DNA of 63,560 nucleotides, filler included. It is 7 parts of 7 records of this genome, joined end to end, with 100 filler letters (N's around TTAATTAATTAA, not from the genome) between each part and the next. Parts side by side here need not be neighbours in the genome. Positions count along the whole stretch, not along the records: positions 35,857 to 42,592 come from DRR723986_18354; positions 42,693 to 48,759 come from DRR723986_18361; positions 48,860 to 57,013 come from DRR723986_18365; 4 more parts are not named here. One strand, given 5' to 3'. Position 1 is the first letter of the stretch, and every line of letters starts with the position of its first letter. Position numbers and translations under genes: made by a program. Below the pieces are notes generated by a model, which was not told the DNA's origin, ran no database searches, and saw nothing but the letters and a program-made list of their open reading frames with translations. Shown here one piece after another: positions 40,422 through 48,954 of the stretch.

Positions 40422-41348
40422 TTGTTGCATCTGCCAGTGAAGAACCCAGAACTAAAGATCTACGCCAGCAGCAGTCCTCAACCTCCTGCAAAGAAACGGT
40501 CCAGGGGCCGCCAACGCAGTGGAATGTTCAAAAAGAGGCAGCGTGTTGGCAAATACCTGATCGAAGAGCGCATCGGAACCGGTGGCTTTTCCGAAGTCTA
40601 CCGCGCGATGGATACGATCGAGGGGGTTCGTGTTGCGTTGAAGGTTCCCTTCGATCAACACCTAAACGACAGCGTCATGGCGGACTTCCGAAAAGAGGTG
40701 CGTGTCGTTGCTCCTTTGGAACACCCAAACATCCTGCCGCTGAAGAACGCCGACTTTGTCGATGATCATTTCTTGATAGCATTCCCGTTGGGCGAAAGCT
40801 GCCTTGCCGGCCGAATGCAAAATAGAATGAGCGTCAGCCTTTCGCTTGAATACGTCGAACAGTTGTTGCGAGCTGTTGCTTACGCTCATCAACAGCGAAT
40901 TATTCACTGCGACATCAAACCCGAGAATCTAATTCTGTTTCCGAACAAACAGATCAGACTAACTGACTTTGGGATCGCAAAGATCAGCTTGCGGACAGTC
41001 CGCGGTTCAGGCTCTGGCACCCTTGGACACATGGCTCCCGAACAAGCTATGGGCAAGCCATCGTGTCGGTCAGACGTTTTTTCTATCGGCTTGATAATGT
41101 ATCGCTTGTTCGGTGGCTGCTGGCCAGAGTATCCGTTCGAGTGGCCCATGCCCGGCCTTGCAAGAATGAAGAACGGGATTCACGAGGACCTGATCAAGTT
41201 GATCCGCAAATCACTTGAGATCAATCCTAAGCACCGGTATTCAGATGGCTCAAATATGCTAAACGCGTTTCTGAGAATCAAACCGCGGGTGCTGAGAAAA
41301 CTGCAAAACACGGCAACGAAATCAAAGTCGAAACGACGTGCAGCGTAG
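40422..41348 (+). CDS. Soluble Ser/Thr protein kinase; start may be ATG 40524
   Basis: IGTGGFSEVY, VALK, HCDIKPEN, DFG, MAPEQ, SDVFSIG; no TM. Confidence 0.92.
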   Translation: MLHLPVKNPELKIYASSSPQPPAKKRSRGRQRSGMFKKRQRVGKYLIEERIGTGGFSEVYRAMDTIEGVRVALKVPFDQHLNDSVMADFRKEVRVVAPLEHPNILPLKNADFVDDHFLIAFPLGESCLAGRMQNRMSVSLSLEYVEQLLRAVAYAHQQRIIHCDIKPENLILFPNKQIRLTDFGIAKISLRTVRGSGSGTLGHMAPEQAMGKPSCRSDVFSIGLIMYRLFGGCWPEYPFEWPMPGLARMKNGIHEDLIKLIRKSLEINPKHRYSDGSNMLNAFLRIKPRVLRKLQNTATKSKSKRRAA

Positions 41349-41385
41349 GCTCCACAGCCTACCATACCTTGGTGGAACTATTGTC

Positions 41386-42258
41386 ATGAGCAATTCGGTG
41401 GAAAAGAGCCCGTCAGAGGCGCCGAATCTGCATGATACGGCACCAACGGATCACACTGTCACTGAACAGCCGTTCTTGAATTGCAACTTGGAAACGCCAA
41501 ACGCAATCTCCATCGCCGGTGGCACTGCAGCTATCTACACTCATGCGGGCCCCTATCGCGAGACTCCCAACGAAGACTCGGCCCTCGCAATCGCTCTGGG
41601 AACTTCCGCAGGACTGCTAGCGGTTGCAGACGGAATGGGAGGGCATGCTTGCGGTGACCACGCCAGTCGCGCAGCAATCGAAAGTCTACGTGATGGATAT
41701 CGCAGCGATGCACAATCGCGGCAAGGCAGCCGTCGTGATTCTATTCTCGATGGTTTCGAAGATGCTAATGCCTCTGTCCGAGCTGTCGGTCACGGTGCTG
41801 GCACGACACTGGCCGCTGTTGAGTTGTTCGATGGTAAGGTGCGAACCTTTCATACCGGGGATTCTTCAATCTTCATCATCGGAGGCAGGGGAAAACTCAA
41901 GTTCGTTTCGACGGCTCACTCCATTGTGGGCTACGCACTTGAAGCGGGCTACGTAGACGAACAGGGCGCCCTTGAGCATGAATATAGCCACGTTGTTCTC
42001 AACGCGCTCGGCGGTGCCCAAGTAACCATCGAAACCAGCCTACCGATGCAACTGGCTGCACAAGACACACTGATTTTGGCGACGGACGGGCTGACAGACA
42101 ATCTGACGGCAAACCAAATCGCAGAACTATCTTTTGCGGGCAGCGCCGAATCGATCTGCGAAACTCTGATAGCGGAATATAAGACAAGAATGCAGGACGA
42201 GGAAAAGGCGAAGCCGGACGATGTGACAGTTATCGTCTACCGCCAACTTGCTTCCTAG
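41386..42258 (+). CDS. PP2C/PPM-family Ser/Thr phosphatase
   Basis: NED, VADGMGGH, GTT, TGDS, LATDGL, DDVTV. Confidence 0.92.
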   Translation: MSNSVEKSPSEAPNLHDTAPTDHTVTEQPFLNCNLETPNAISIAGGTAAIYTHAGPYRETPNEDSALAIALGTSAGLLAVADGMGGHACGDHASRAAIESLRDGYRSDAQSRQGSRRDSILDGFEDANASVRAVGHGAGTTLAAVELFDGKVRTFHTGDSSIFIIGGRGKLKFVSTAHSIVGYALEAGYVDEQGALEHEYSHVVLNALGGAQVTIETSLPMQLAAQDTLILATDGLTDNLTANQIAELSFAGSAESICETLIAEYKTRMQDEEKAKPDDVTVIVYRQLAS

Positions 42259-42320
42259 ACCGCCATCGCTGTCGCCTCAAGAGTTCATGCGTCACAGCAG
42301 GCAACGATGGAGTTCACAGT

Positions 42321-42592
42321 CTACTTCTTTTCTTTGGCGATCTGCCGGAAGTAGCCTTCAATGATATCGCGGTAGTGGCTCGGTAGTTGCTCGCTCATTC
42401 GCTGCAACGATTCCTGCCGCTGAGCGGGCGGCAAATTTCCCCATCCAGCCCGATCACCGATATCCTTATCGTCCACATCTCCTGGGCCAGACTGACTGCC
42501 TGGTTGACTATCATCCATCGGCTTCATTTGCGATTGCGACTGGGCACCTTGGCCAGAAGCTTGCTGCTGCTGTTGTTGTTGCTGCTGTTGCT
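42321..42592 (-). CDS. C-terminal fragment of a Gln-rich planctomycete protein
   Basis: Poly-Q (CAG/CAA) at the contig edge, then GWGNLPP..R...LPSHYRDIIEGYFRQIA. Confidence 0.7.
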
Positions 42593-42692
42593 NNNNNNNN
42601 NNNNNNNNNNNNNNNNNNNNNNNNNNNNNNNNNNNNTTAATTAATTAANNNNNNNNNNNNNNNNNNNNNNNNNNNNNNNNNNNNNNNNNNNN
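42593..42692. other. Artificial contig linker
   Basis: N-TTAATTAATTAA-N. Confidence 0.99.
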
Positions 42693-42926
42693 ACAAACAA
42701 GAAGCTCAAAAGGCAAGCCCGAATCTGTTGAGGGCGCTGCAATCCCCTGAGTTGGAAGAAGAGGAAGGATGAGGCGGGAGACTTGGAATTGCGCAATCGG
42801 TGGATCCGTGCGAAATGCGTAACTTCGGCCAAAGTGTGGCGTAGAGAGCGCAGCTGAGTAATTAACAATACACTTAAGGCCCGATGCACAGGCCGCAGAA
42901 CATCCCACGTAAAAGGTCACAATAAC

Positions 42927-43910
42927 ATGTCTGAACAACAGCCGCTGGATGAGAATGTACTGTTTGCGGAACGCTGGACAAATGCTCTGATACACCTGGA
43001 GAAAGGCGATTTGCCCCAGGCGCTGGAGGTGGCAAAGGAATGCCACGCCAAGGCAATGCCCGAGCGCAAATACTACACAACACTGCTGCAAAGTTCGCTG
43101 CAAATTGCGAATGCGCAGGACGACGCAGCGCTCGCAACCTTTGACGAAGGACTTAAACAAGGGCTGTGGTATACTGAAAATATGCTGGAGATCAGCTTTG
43201 GTGAATTCTTTAAACCAAAAATCGAAGCAGGCCTGTTTAAAGAAATGTTTGTCACCTGGGAAGCGATGCGCCTGGAAGAACAGGCCCGCACAAACGTTGA
43301 ACCCGCAATTACCCTGCCGGACAGTTTAACTGCCACGGACAACGATCAGCCAGTACCACTGATGCTGGCGCTGCACGGTGCCGGTGAACCGGCTACCGAC
43401 CTGCAGCAACAATGGCAGACGCTGCATTTAACAAAAAAATACATCTGCGTTTATCCGCAAGCAGATACACTGAGTGGACCGGGGCAGCCGCGCTGGGACG
43501 TTACAGGTGGTGACATGGATATTATGCAAGCACTTGTTAATGGGCTACGGACACGCCATTCGGTAGATATGCAGAACAGCATCGTTGGTGGTTTTTCGCA
43601 TGGTGGTGGTTTTGCACTGGAAATGACCTTGGCTTCCACGCTGGATATTAACAAATGTTTATTGATTTGTCCTTCGCCCATGGAATTTGATCCGGCGGAG
43701 CATGCGCTGAACCCGAACGCAAGAATTTACGCCGTGCTGGGCGGAGATGACGTTCCGGCCAAAGACATGTTCCTGGAATTTGCGGAGATGCTCAAACAAG
43801 CAGGAGTTGATATTCACTGCGAAGTTATGCCGGGGATGCGGCACACGTTTCCAGATAATATGCCCGAGCTTGTTAAACAGGCACTTGAGTTCCTGCATAA
43901 GACCGACTGA
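42927..43910 (+). CDS. Alpha/beta hydrolase (carboxylesterase-like) with helical TPR-like N-terminal domain
   Basis: ALHGAG, nucleophile GFSHGG, GGDD, GMRHTFP. Confidence 0.85.
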   Translation: MSEQQPLDENVLFAERWTNALIHLEKGDLPQALEVAKECHAKAMPERKYYTTLLQSSLQIANAQDDAALATFDEGLKQGLWYTENMLEISFGEFFKPKIEAGLFKEMFVTWEAMRLEEQARTNVEPAITLPDSLTATDNDQPVPLMLALHGAGEPATDLQQQWQTLHLTKKYICVYPQADTLSGPGQPRWDVTGGDMDIMQALVNGLRTRHSVDMQNSIVGGFSHGGGFALEMTLASTLDINKCLLICPSPMEFDPAEHALNPNARIYAVLGGDDVPAKDMFLEFAEMLKQAGVDIHCEVMPGMRHTFPDNMPELVKQALEFLHKTD

Positions 43911-43962
43911 GCAGAGTAGTTTTTGAACTGCGAGTTATACAGAGCTTTGTCTATAAATAAAG

Positions 43963-43998
43963 GCATCCGGTGCATTGAATACATCAACGCACCGGAGC
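43963..43998. terminator. Hairpin terminator between convergent genes
   Basis: TCCGGTGCATTGA..TCAACGCACCGGA with a T-rich tail on the minus strand. Confidence 0.65.
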
Positions 43999-44108
43999 TT
44001 AGGCAGTGGTGGTCATTCCACTACAGGGACGTCACTTCCCTACTGCGAATGTGTGAACAGGTTACTATTAAAGGTTTGCCGGCTTAAACAGCAGGCAATG
44101 AATCGGAC

Positions 44109-44603
44109 TTACTGTACTTCAAGTGTTAAAACGTTACCGGCTTCGATGTGAAGGACTTCGATACCGTTTGTGAATTCAACACGGTCGCGCAGAACGTATT
44201 CATTTGTACCAACCGGCCAGGCATCCACAACACCGTCAAGTACCATATCGCTGGTGCGTTCATATAGTACGCCATTAAGCGTCAAATCAGATGGCAGGGT
44301 GATCTCTACATCGAACGTACCACCGCCATTTTGCTCAACAGCGATTCGACCTGCCGCACCTGCCGCGAGACCAACGGAGCCGTTATTCCATTGTGCGTTT
44401 TGTTCGATTACCAACCACTCGCCGGGCAGGAACCATTTGCACTTTACAATACAACTCAGCTCTCCATTAGTTAGCTGAACTCCGGCATCATTAAAGGCCT
44501 GTGCGGTCGATGAACCGACTCCAATAGACGTTGCAAACGCGAGTCCAACTGAAAAAGCGCTCAAGGTAAAAATAGTCGCTACGAGTTTCTTCATGCGTGT
44601 CAT
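44109..44603 (-). CDS. Secreted hypothetical beta-rich protein
   Basis: Signal peptide MKKLVATIFTLSAFSVGLAFA..AQA, AAGGA RBS, no recognised domain. Confidence 0.75.
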   Translation of the reverse strand: MTRMKKLVATIFTLSAFSVGLAFATSIGVGSSTAQAFNDAGVQLTNGELSCIVKCKWFLPGEWLVIEQNAQWNNGSVGLAAGAAGRIAVEQNGGGTFDVEITLPSDLTLNGVLYERTSDMVLDGVVDAWPVGTNEYVLRDRVEFTNGIEVLHIEAGNVLTLEVQ

Positions 44604-45335
44604 AGTAATTCCTTACTAGTAGAATGTTAATGAAATGTTAATGTGGTAACAGTCAAATTTTGTGGGCTGGTTGACTGTTGGTTTTGGAATGGAATACAGG
44701 GGTACCAGCCACCTTTATGCGCGCTCAACACTGCGGAATCTGGCCACAATTCCAGGCGAAGCGTTAACAAAGTGGGCTTAACGGTCCAAAAGTACGGACC
44801 CGTCTACACTGGCGAGCATCAGCAGGTTACTCCGTACCAGCAAGGCCGTAGTGGCAGTACGGACCTGGTTGTTACGATGTATATAGAATAATTCTGAATC
44901 TATGTTTAAATAGCTGCTGATTGATTCACAATTTGAGAAGTACGACACAGTGTGGCATTAACTGCCAGAGTTAAGCAACATGCACCAGCATGCTGTTCTT
45001 TGATAGACGTTTACAATCGCAGCAGGGGTAAGTAGCGATTGAAAGAGTTATTAGTCGAGCAAGCCGCGTCCGGGGATGTCGTTCACCTAAAGGAAAATAG
45101 TGACGTTAATTTCCTTGGTGATGGTCAGGGGACGTGTCTGAATTGATTTAGTGCAGGGACAACTTATCAGACACCGTAAATCAACTAAAACTTTTCACTC
45201 TACGCAAGAAAAATCGTCAATTCTTTTCATTTTTTTTGGCGCACAGAATTAAGCTGTATTTCTGGTGAAGTTCTATAAACATTTGTACGACAGGTGGCGA
45301 CGTTCTAAATGAGTTAAATATGACATTAAACGACA

Positions 45336-45371
45336 CGGCCGGGCCGTGAGTTGTGACTCGCAGCCCGGCCG
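45336..45371 (-). terminator. GC hairpin downstream of the protease-nuclease gene
   Basis: CGGCCGGGC..GAGT..ACTC..GCCCGGCCG. Confidence 0.6.
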
Positions 45372-45425
45372 AAAATGTGAATACTAATAAAGGATCCGAT
45401 GCGTTTGATGTGCCGGTTGGTAAGG

Positions 45426-48350
45426 CTAGCGCAATCCCCTGCTGAAGTCAATTCGATCAACAATTTCGGGCTTGTCAATCAATGGATTGCGGTTGCCCTG
45501 AGCCTCAAATACAGCTTTGTTGCGATGGCGCTCAAATATGTCAACCGGGAATTGACGATGCCAGTTGAGCAGCAGGTTTAAGCCACTGCTGTTGTAGTCG
45601 TCGATTTTACGCGGGTAGCGCAGCAGGAAGTACAGCGTTGCGCGTGCAACGATTCCCTTGCCGGCCTCGGGCTCAAACCTGCGATCCTCGTACTTGCCAC
45701 AGTCGTTCCGCACGCGTTCGTCGTTCTCGGGGTTGTAGTCCGCAAAGTCAAAGAATGGGTAGTTGGAACGCGAGGAGTTACAGCGCGGTTCGCAGGCAAA
45801 CAGATGATGCAAGTCACTACGCATGGGATTGGCTTTGTTAAACCAGGACTGCGGCACCACGTGTTCGCAGTTAAACGGATTCTCGGACTCGATGGTCTCA
45901 ATTGCAGCGGCGCGCTCGCGGTCCGACATATGCGACTCGGCGTGCACAAAACGGTTCAGAGACTCACGGCGGCGCTCTTCGGCGGCATATTCTGCGCGGA
46001 TGACGGCTTCGGCGTCAAGGTCGATACCGTTATAGATGCTCTTGAGTTTGCCATTCGGCTGTAGGTCTACCCAGGGATACAGATGGTTGTAACGCGCGGA
46101 AGAATACGAAAGCTGGTTTGTATGTGTATTTTGCAGCAGCGTGTTTAGATTGTTAAACAGACCGCTCGAATTCCAGTCGATGGCTTGATAATAGGATTCG
46201 ATATACTGCGCGTCTGTTGCAGCATCGTAGTAGGCTGGGTCAACCGCCAGGACGCCGGAATTGGCATTATCCACATTGTTATTGCCCGCATTATTATTGG
46301 ATGCATCCGAAACGCGACTGTCGTCTCCGCCGCCAATATTAGTACCCGAGTCGGTAGCGGAGTTAACATCGCCGTCAGCATCAGTTCCGGAGTCCGTTCC
46401 AGAACCATTGCCGCTGCCGGTTTTGATTTGCAGTTTGGCGAGTGCGCGATCGCGTGCATTTTTATCCTGCGGTTGCTGCGGTGAGCAATCACATTTTTTA
46501 TCGGCAGTAGCTGCCGGTGTGCTGTTAACGACGGGCTTGTCGCGATACACAAGTCGCAGAACCAACGGCACGTGATCCGAGACGTCACGCGCAAAGTTGT
46601 TGATGCTTTTATCCAGACGAATAATCGCCGCATCGTCATCCGCAATCTGGCCCAGCTTTGAGTCGCTGCTGACGATGATGTGATCGATCAGCGAGCGGTA
46701 ACGGCTGCCGACATAGGAGATTGCGTCTGTCTGCGCGTCGTCTGCCGTGAGTGTAAAGAGATCGGGAGAATCGGTTAAGTCGCTCAGAATCTGGCCGTCG
46801 AGTTCCTGGTTGAAGTCACCGCCCAGAATCACTGGAAGATTCTCGCGCTCGCGCAGCTCTTCGATGATGGCCGAGAGGATGTTGGACGCCAGCCTGCGCC
46901 GCTCGCGGCTGAGCTCGTCGCCAAATGCTTTGAGGTGCACAACAACTATCAGGAACTCGGTATCGCCGTCATCTTCCTGGACGCGGCAGTGTGCAAAGAG
47001 CGGTTCCCTGCCGGCCGGAAATGCGGTCTTGCCGGCTTCGGTGCGCATGCTCAGGACTCCGGCATATTCCCTGTTGATGTCATCGCGCAGCGTGACGCTG
47101 GTGGTTTCAACATCGTACAGCACGGCCAGGTCCTGCGTGCCGTGCGCGTCAAGATAGACGTAGTCCATATTCTGGCCCTGGTCGCGCAGAGCAATTTTAA
47201 GCCTGTCCAGAGCTGTACTTTCAACTTCGGTTAAACCGAGCACGTCCATCGAAAGTCCGGCGACAACGTTGGCAACTTTGCGCATGCGTGTATCGGAGAC
47301 GGAATGGTTAAAGTGTTCGATGTTCCAGAAACCGATATCTGCAAAACGGCGATCCCCCACGAATCCAGGCTGCTGGACTTCGGGCGCATTGCCGTCGCCC
47401 ACCAGACCGCTGACGTCAAAAAATCCGAGATATGGCGAGGTGTCGTTTATCGTACTTAAAACACGCCGTGCGGTGGATGCGCGGCGGCTGTTGGAATTTG
47501 CGGCGTAGATTAAATGCGCAACAATCGCCGAAATGCGAATGCCTTCGTTAATTGCCAGGCTGGACTTGCGATCCGGATACCAGCCGGCGTGGTGCAGGGC
47601 CACCAACACCCACTCATTAGTGAAAACACCTGAGCCGGAGGAGCCTGGCTCGGTATCTGTACGGTAGTGCAGAACCCGGTCTTTGATGTAACTGATGTTG
47701 TTGTTTTGCAAAGCAATCTCTTTCTCGCGGCCACGCGGATGCTGGATTATGTTAACAGCTTCATTGCGTGTTACGGTCGCCGGATTGCGTAACATTCTGA
47801 CGGGCGTGATACTTTCCAGGCCGGTCGACTCGCAGGCCACAATCGTGAAGTCGAGGTCCACATCTGTAATAAACAGATCGTCGGGCAGGATGTTAACAGA
47901 GACTGTTTCTTTGTCGGCTTCATAGAAGAACTCGGCGAGGCTGCCGGCGGCTTCATCGATTGTTTCCAGAACGTGGTTGTTGGTTATCAGCAGCCCCGGT
48001 CCGATCAGGATACCGCTTCCGTACGATGTCGGCGTATTGATGCGGCAGATGGCTGCGGCGCGCTCAGCGCCTTCGTAGAGGAAACTGACGGGTAAAAGGT
48101 CGTTGCCGTTGCTGATTTTTTCGTAGTGTCGCTGGATATCGGCTTCGGTGCTGCGCCGGCTTTCCTCGCTTTTCTCGACGCTTTCGGCGTCGTAGTCAGC
48201 GTCAAAGAGGCTATAGGCGCGGCGTTTAACAAGGTTGGCAAATTCCTCGGGACTAAGTGCAGAGGCATTGGGCAGGCTGTGTTCGATCCCCACCAGTGAC
48301 AGAGCGTGCTTGGACGCTGCCGGTTTGGACATGTCGACTCCTTCGTACAA
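45426..48350 (-). CDS. Trypsin-like serine protease + EEP (exonuclease/endonuclease/phosphatase) + endonuclease I (His-Me) fusion
   Basis: Triad TNNHV / DLDF / DTEPGSSGS; EEP WNIE, LTEV, HLKA, GDFN, IDHI, SDH; EndoI CEHVVPQSW, SDLHHL, CNSSRSN, KGIVARATLYF, ERHRN..QGNRNP. Confidence 0.92.
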   Translation of the reverse strand: MYEGVDMSKPAASKHALSLVGIEHSLPNASALSPEEFANLVKRRAYSLFDADYDAESVEKSEESRRSTEADIQRHYEKISNGNDLLPVSFLYEGAERAAAICRINTPTSYGSGILIGPGLLITNNHVLETIDEAAGSLAEFFYEADKETVSVNILPDDLFITDVDLDFTIVACESTGLESITPVRMLRNPATVTRNEAVNIIQHPRGREKEIALQNNNISYIKDRVLHYRTDTEPGSSGSGVFTNEWVLVALHHAGWYPDRKSSLAINEGIRISAIVAHLIYAANSNSRRASTARRVLSTINDTSPYLGFFDVSGLVGDGNAPEVQQPGFVGDRRFADIGFWNIEHFNHSVSDTRMRKVANVVAGLSMDVLGLTEVESTALDRLKIALRDQGQNMDYVYLDAHGTQDLAVLYDVETTSVTLRDDINREYAGVLSMRTEAGKTAFPAGREPLFAHCRVQEDDGDTEFLIVVVHLKAFGDELSRERRRLASNILSAIIEELRERENLPVILGGDFNQELDGQILSDLTDSPDLFTLTADDAQTDAISYVGSRYRSLIDHIIVSSDSKLGQIADDDAAIIRLDKSINNFARDVSDHVPLVLRLVYRDKPVVNSTPAATADKKCDCSPQQPQDKNARDRALAKLQIKTGSGNGSGTDSGTDADGDVNSATDSGTNIGGGDDSRVSDASNNNAGNNNVDNANSGVLAVDPAYYDAATDAQYIESYYQAIDWNSSGLFNNLNTLLQNTHTNQLSYSSARYNHLYPWVDLQPNGKLKSIYNGIDLDAEAVIRAEYAAEERRRESLNRFVHAESHMSDRERAAAIETIESENPFNCEHVVPQSWFNKANPMRSDLHHLFACEPRCNSSRSNYPFFDFADYNPENDERVRNDCGKYEDRRFEPEAGKGIVARATLYFLLRYPRKIDDYNSSGLNLLLNWHRQFPVDIFERHRNKAVFEAQGNRNPLIDKPEIVDRIDFSRGLR

Positions 48351-48759
48351 GAAATGAATTCCGCGCTCAAGTGTGAGTGGTTAAGTGCGGATGTGGAAGA
48401 ATGCTGGAAATTCACGTTGGGCCAGTGCGGATGTGGCGAGCAGGATTTGCTGCGCAGCCGCAAGCTTTCCACCTGAGAATTTCAGTGAATAATCTGTTAG
48501 TGAGCATCTGTAACGCGCTGATGAACCACTCACGTGGCATGTGAACAGAGTTTGTTCACCAGAGTATTTTTTGGCTAAGCGCACTCCAGATTTGGCTGAG
48601 TGCGCCATAGGCATGTGCGCAGCCAATATAACAATTCTTTGTTTAGCGCAAATGGTGATTTTGAATGTAGCTGCGCGGCCGGGACTGCTGCATATTGGAC
48701 AGGCCTGAAGACTCGAGACTTGTGCCGCAGCGACAAACAAAAAGATCAAAGAGCCTGAG

Positions 48760-48859
48760 NNNNNNNNNNNNNNNNNNNNNNNNNNNNNNNNNNNNNNNNN
48801 NNNTTAATTAATTAANNNNNNNNNNNNNNNNNNNNNNNNNNNNNNNNNNNNNNNNNNNN
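48760..48859. other. Artificial contig linker
   Basis: N-TTAATTAATTAA-N. Confidence 0.99.
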
Positions 48860-48865
48860 ATATCA

Positions 48866-48935
48866 TAGCAACGGTCGCCAGGCCGTTGTTGAAAATAGCC
48901 AGATGAAATTTAAAGCCCTGAAAGGGTGAAATATC
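48866..48935. repeat. REP/MITE-like unit, same family as 56326-56420
   Basis: AGCAACGGTCGCCAGGCCGTTG..TTTAAAGCCCTGAAAGGGTGAAATA. Confidence 0.8.
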
Positions 48936-48954
48936 TCACCACCCTTGCAAGCAC

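Noticed and set aside
42561-42592. CTG/TTG trinucleotide repeat
   Set aside because: Simply encodes poly-Gln in the truncated minus-strand gene
44643-44891. 82-aa plus-strand ORF
   Set aside because: No RBS or motif; overlaps the likely promoter/leader of the divergent gene
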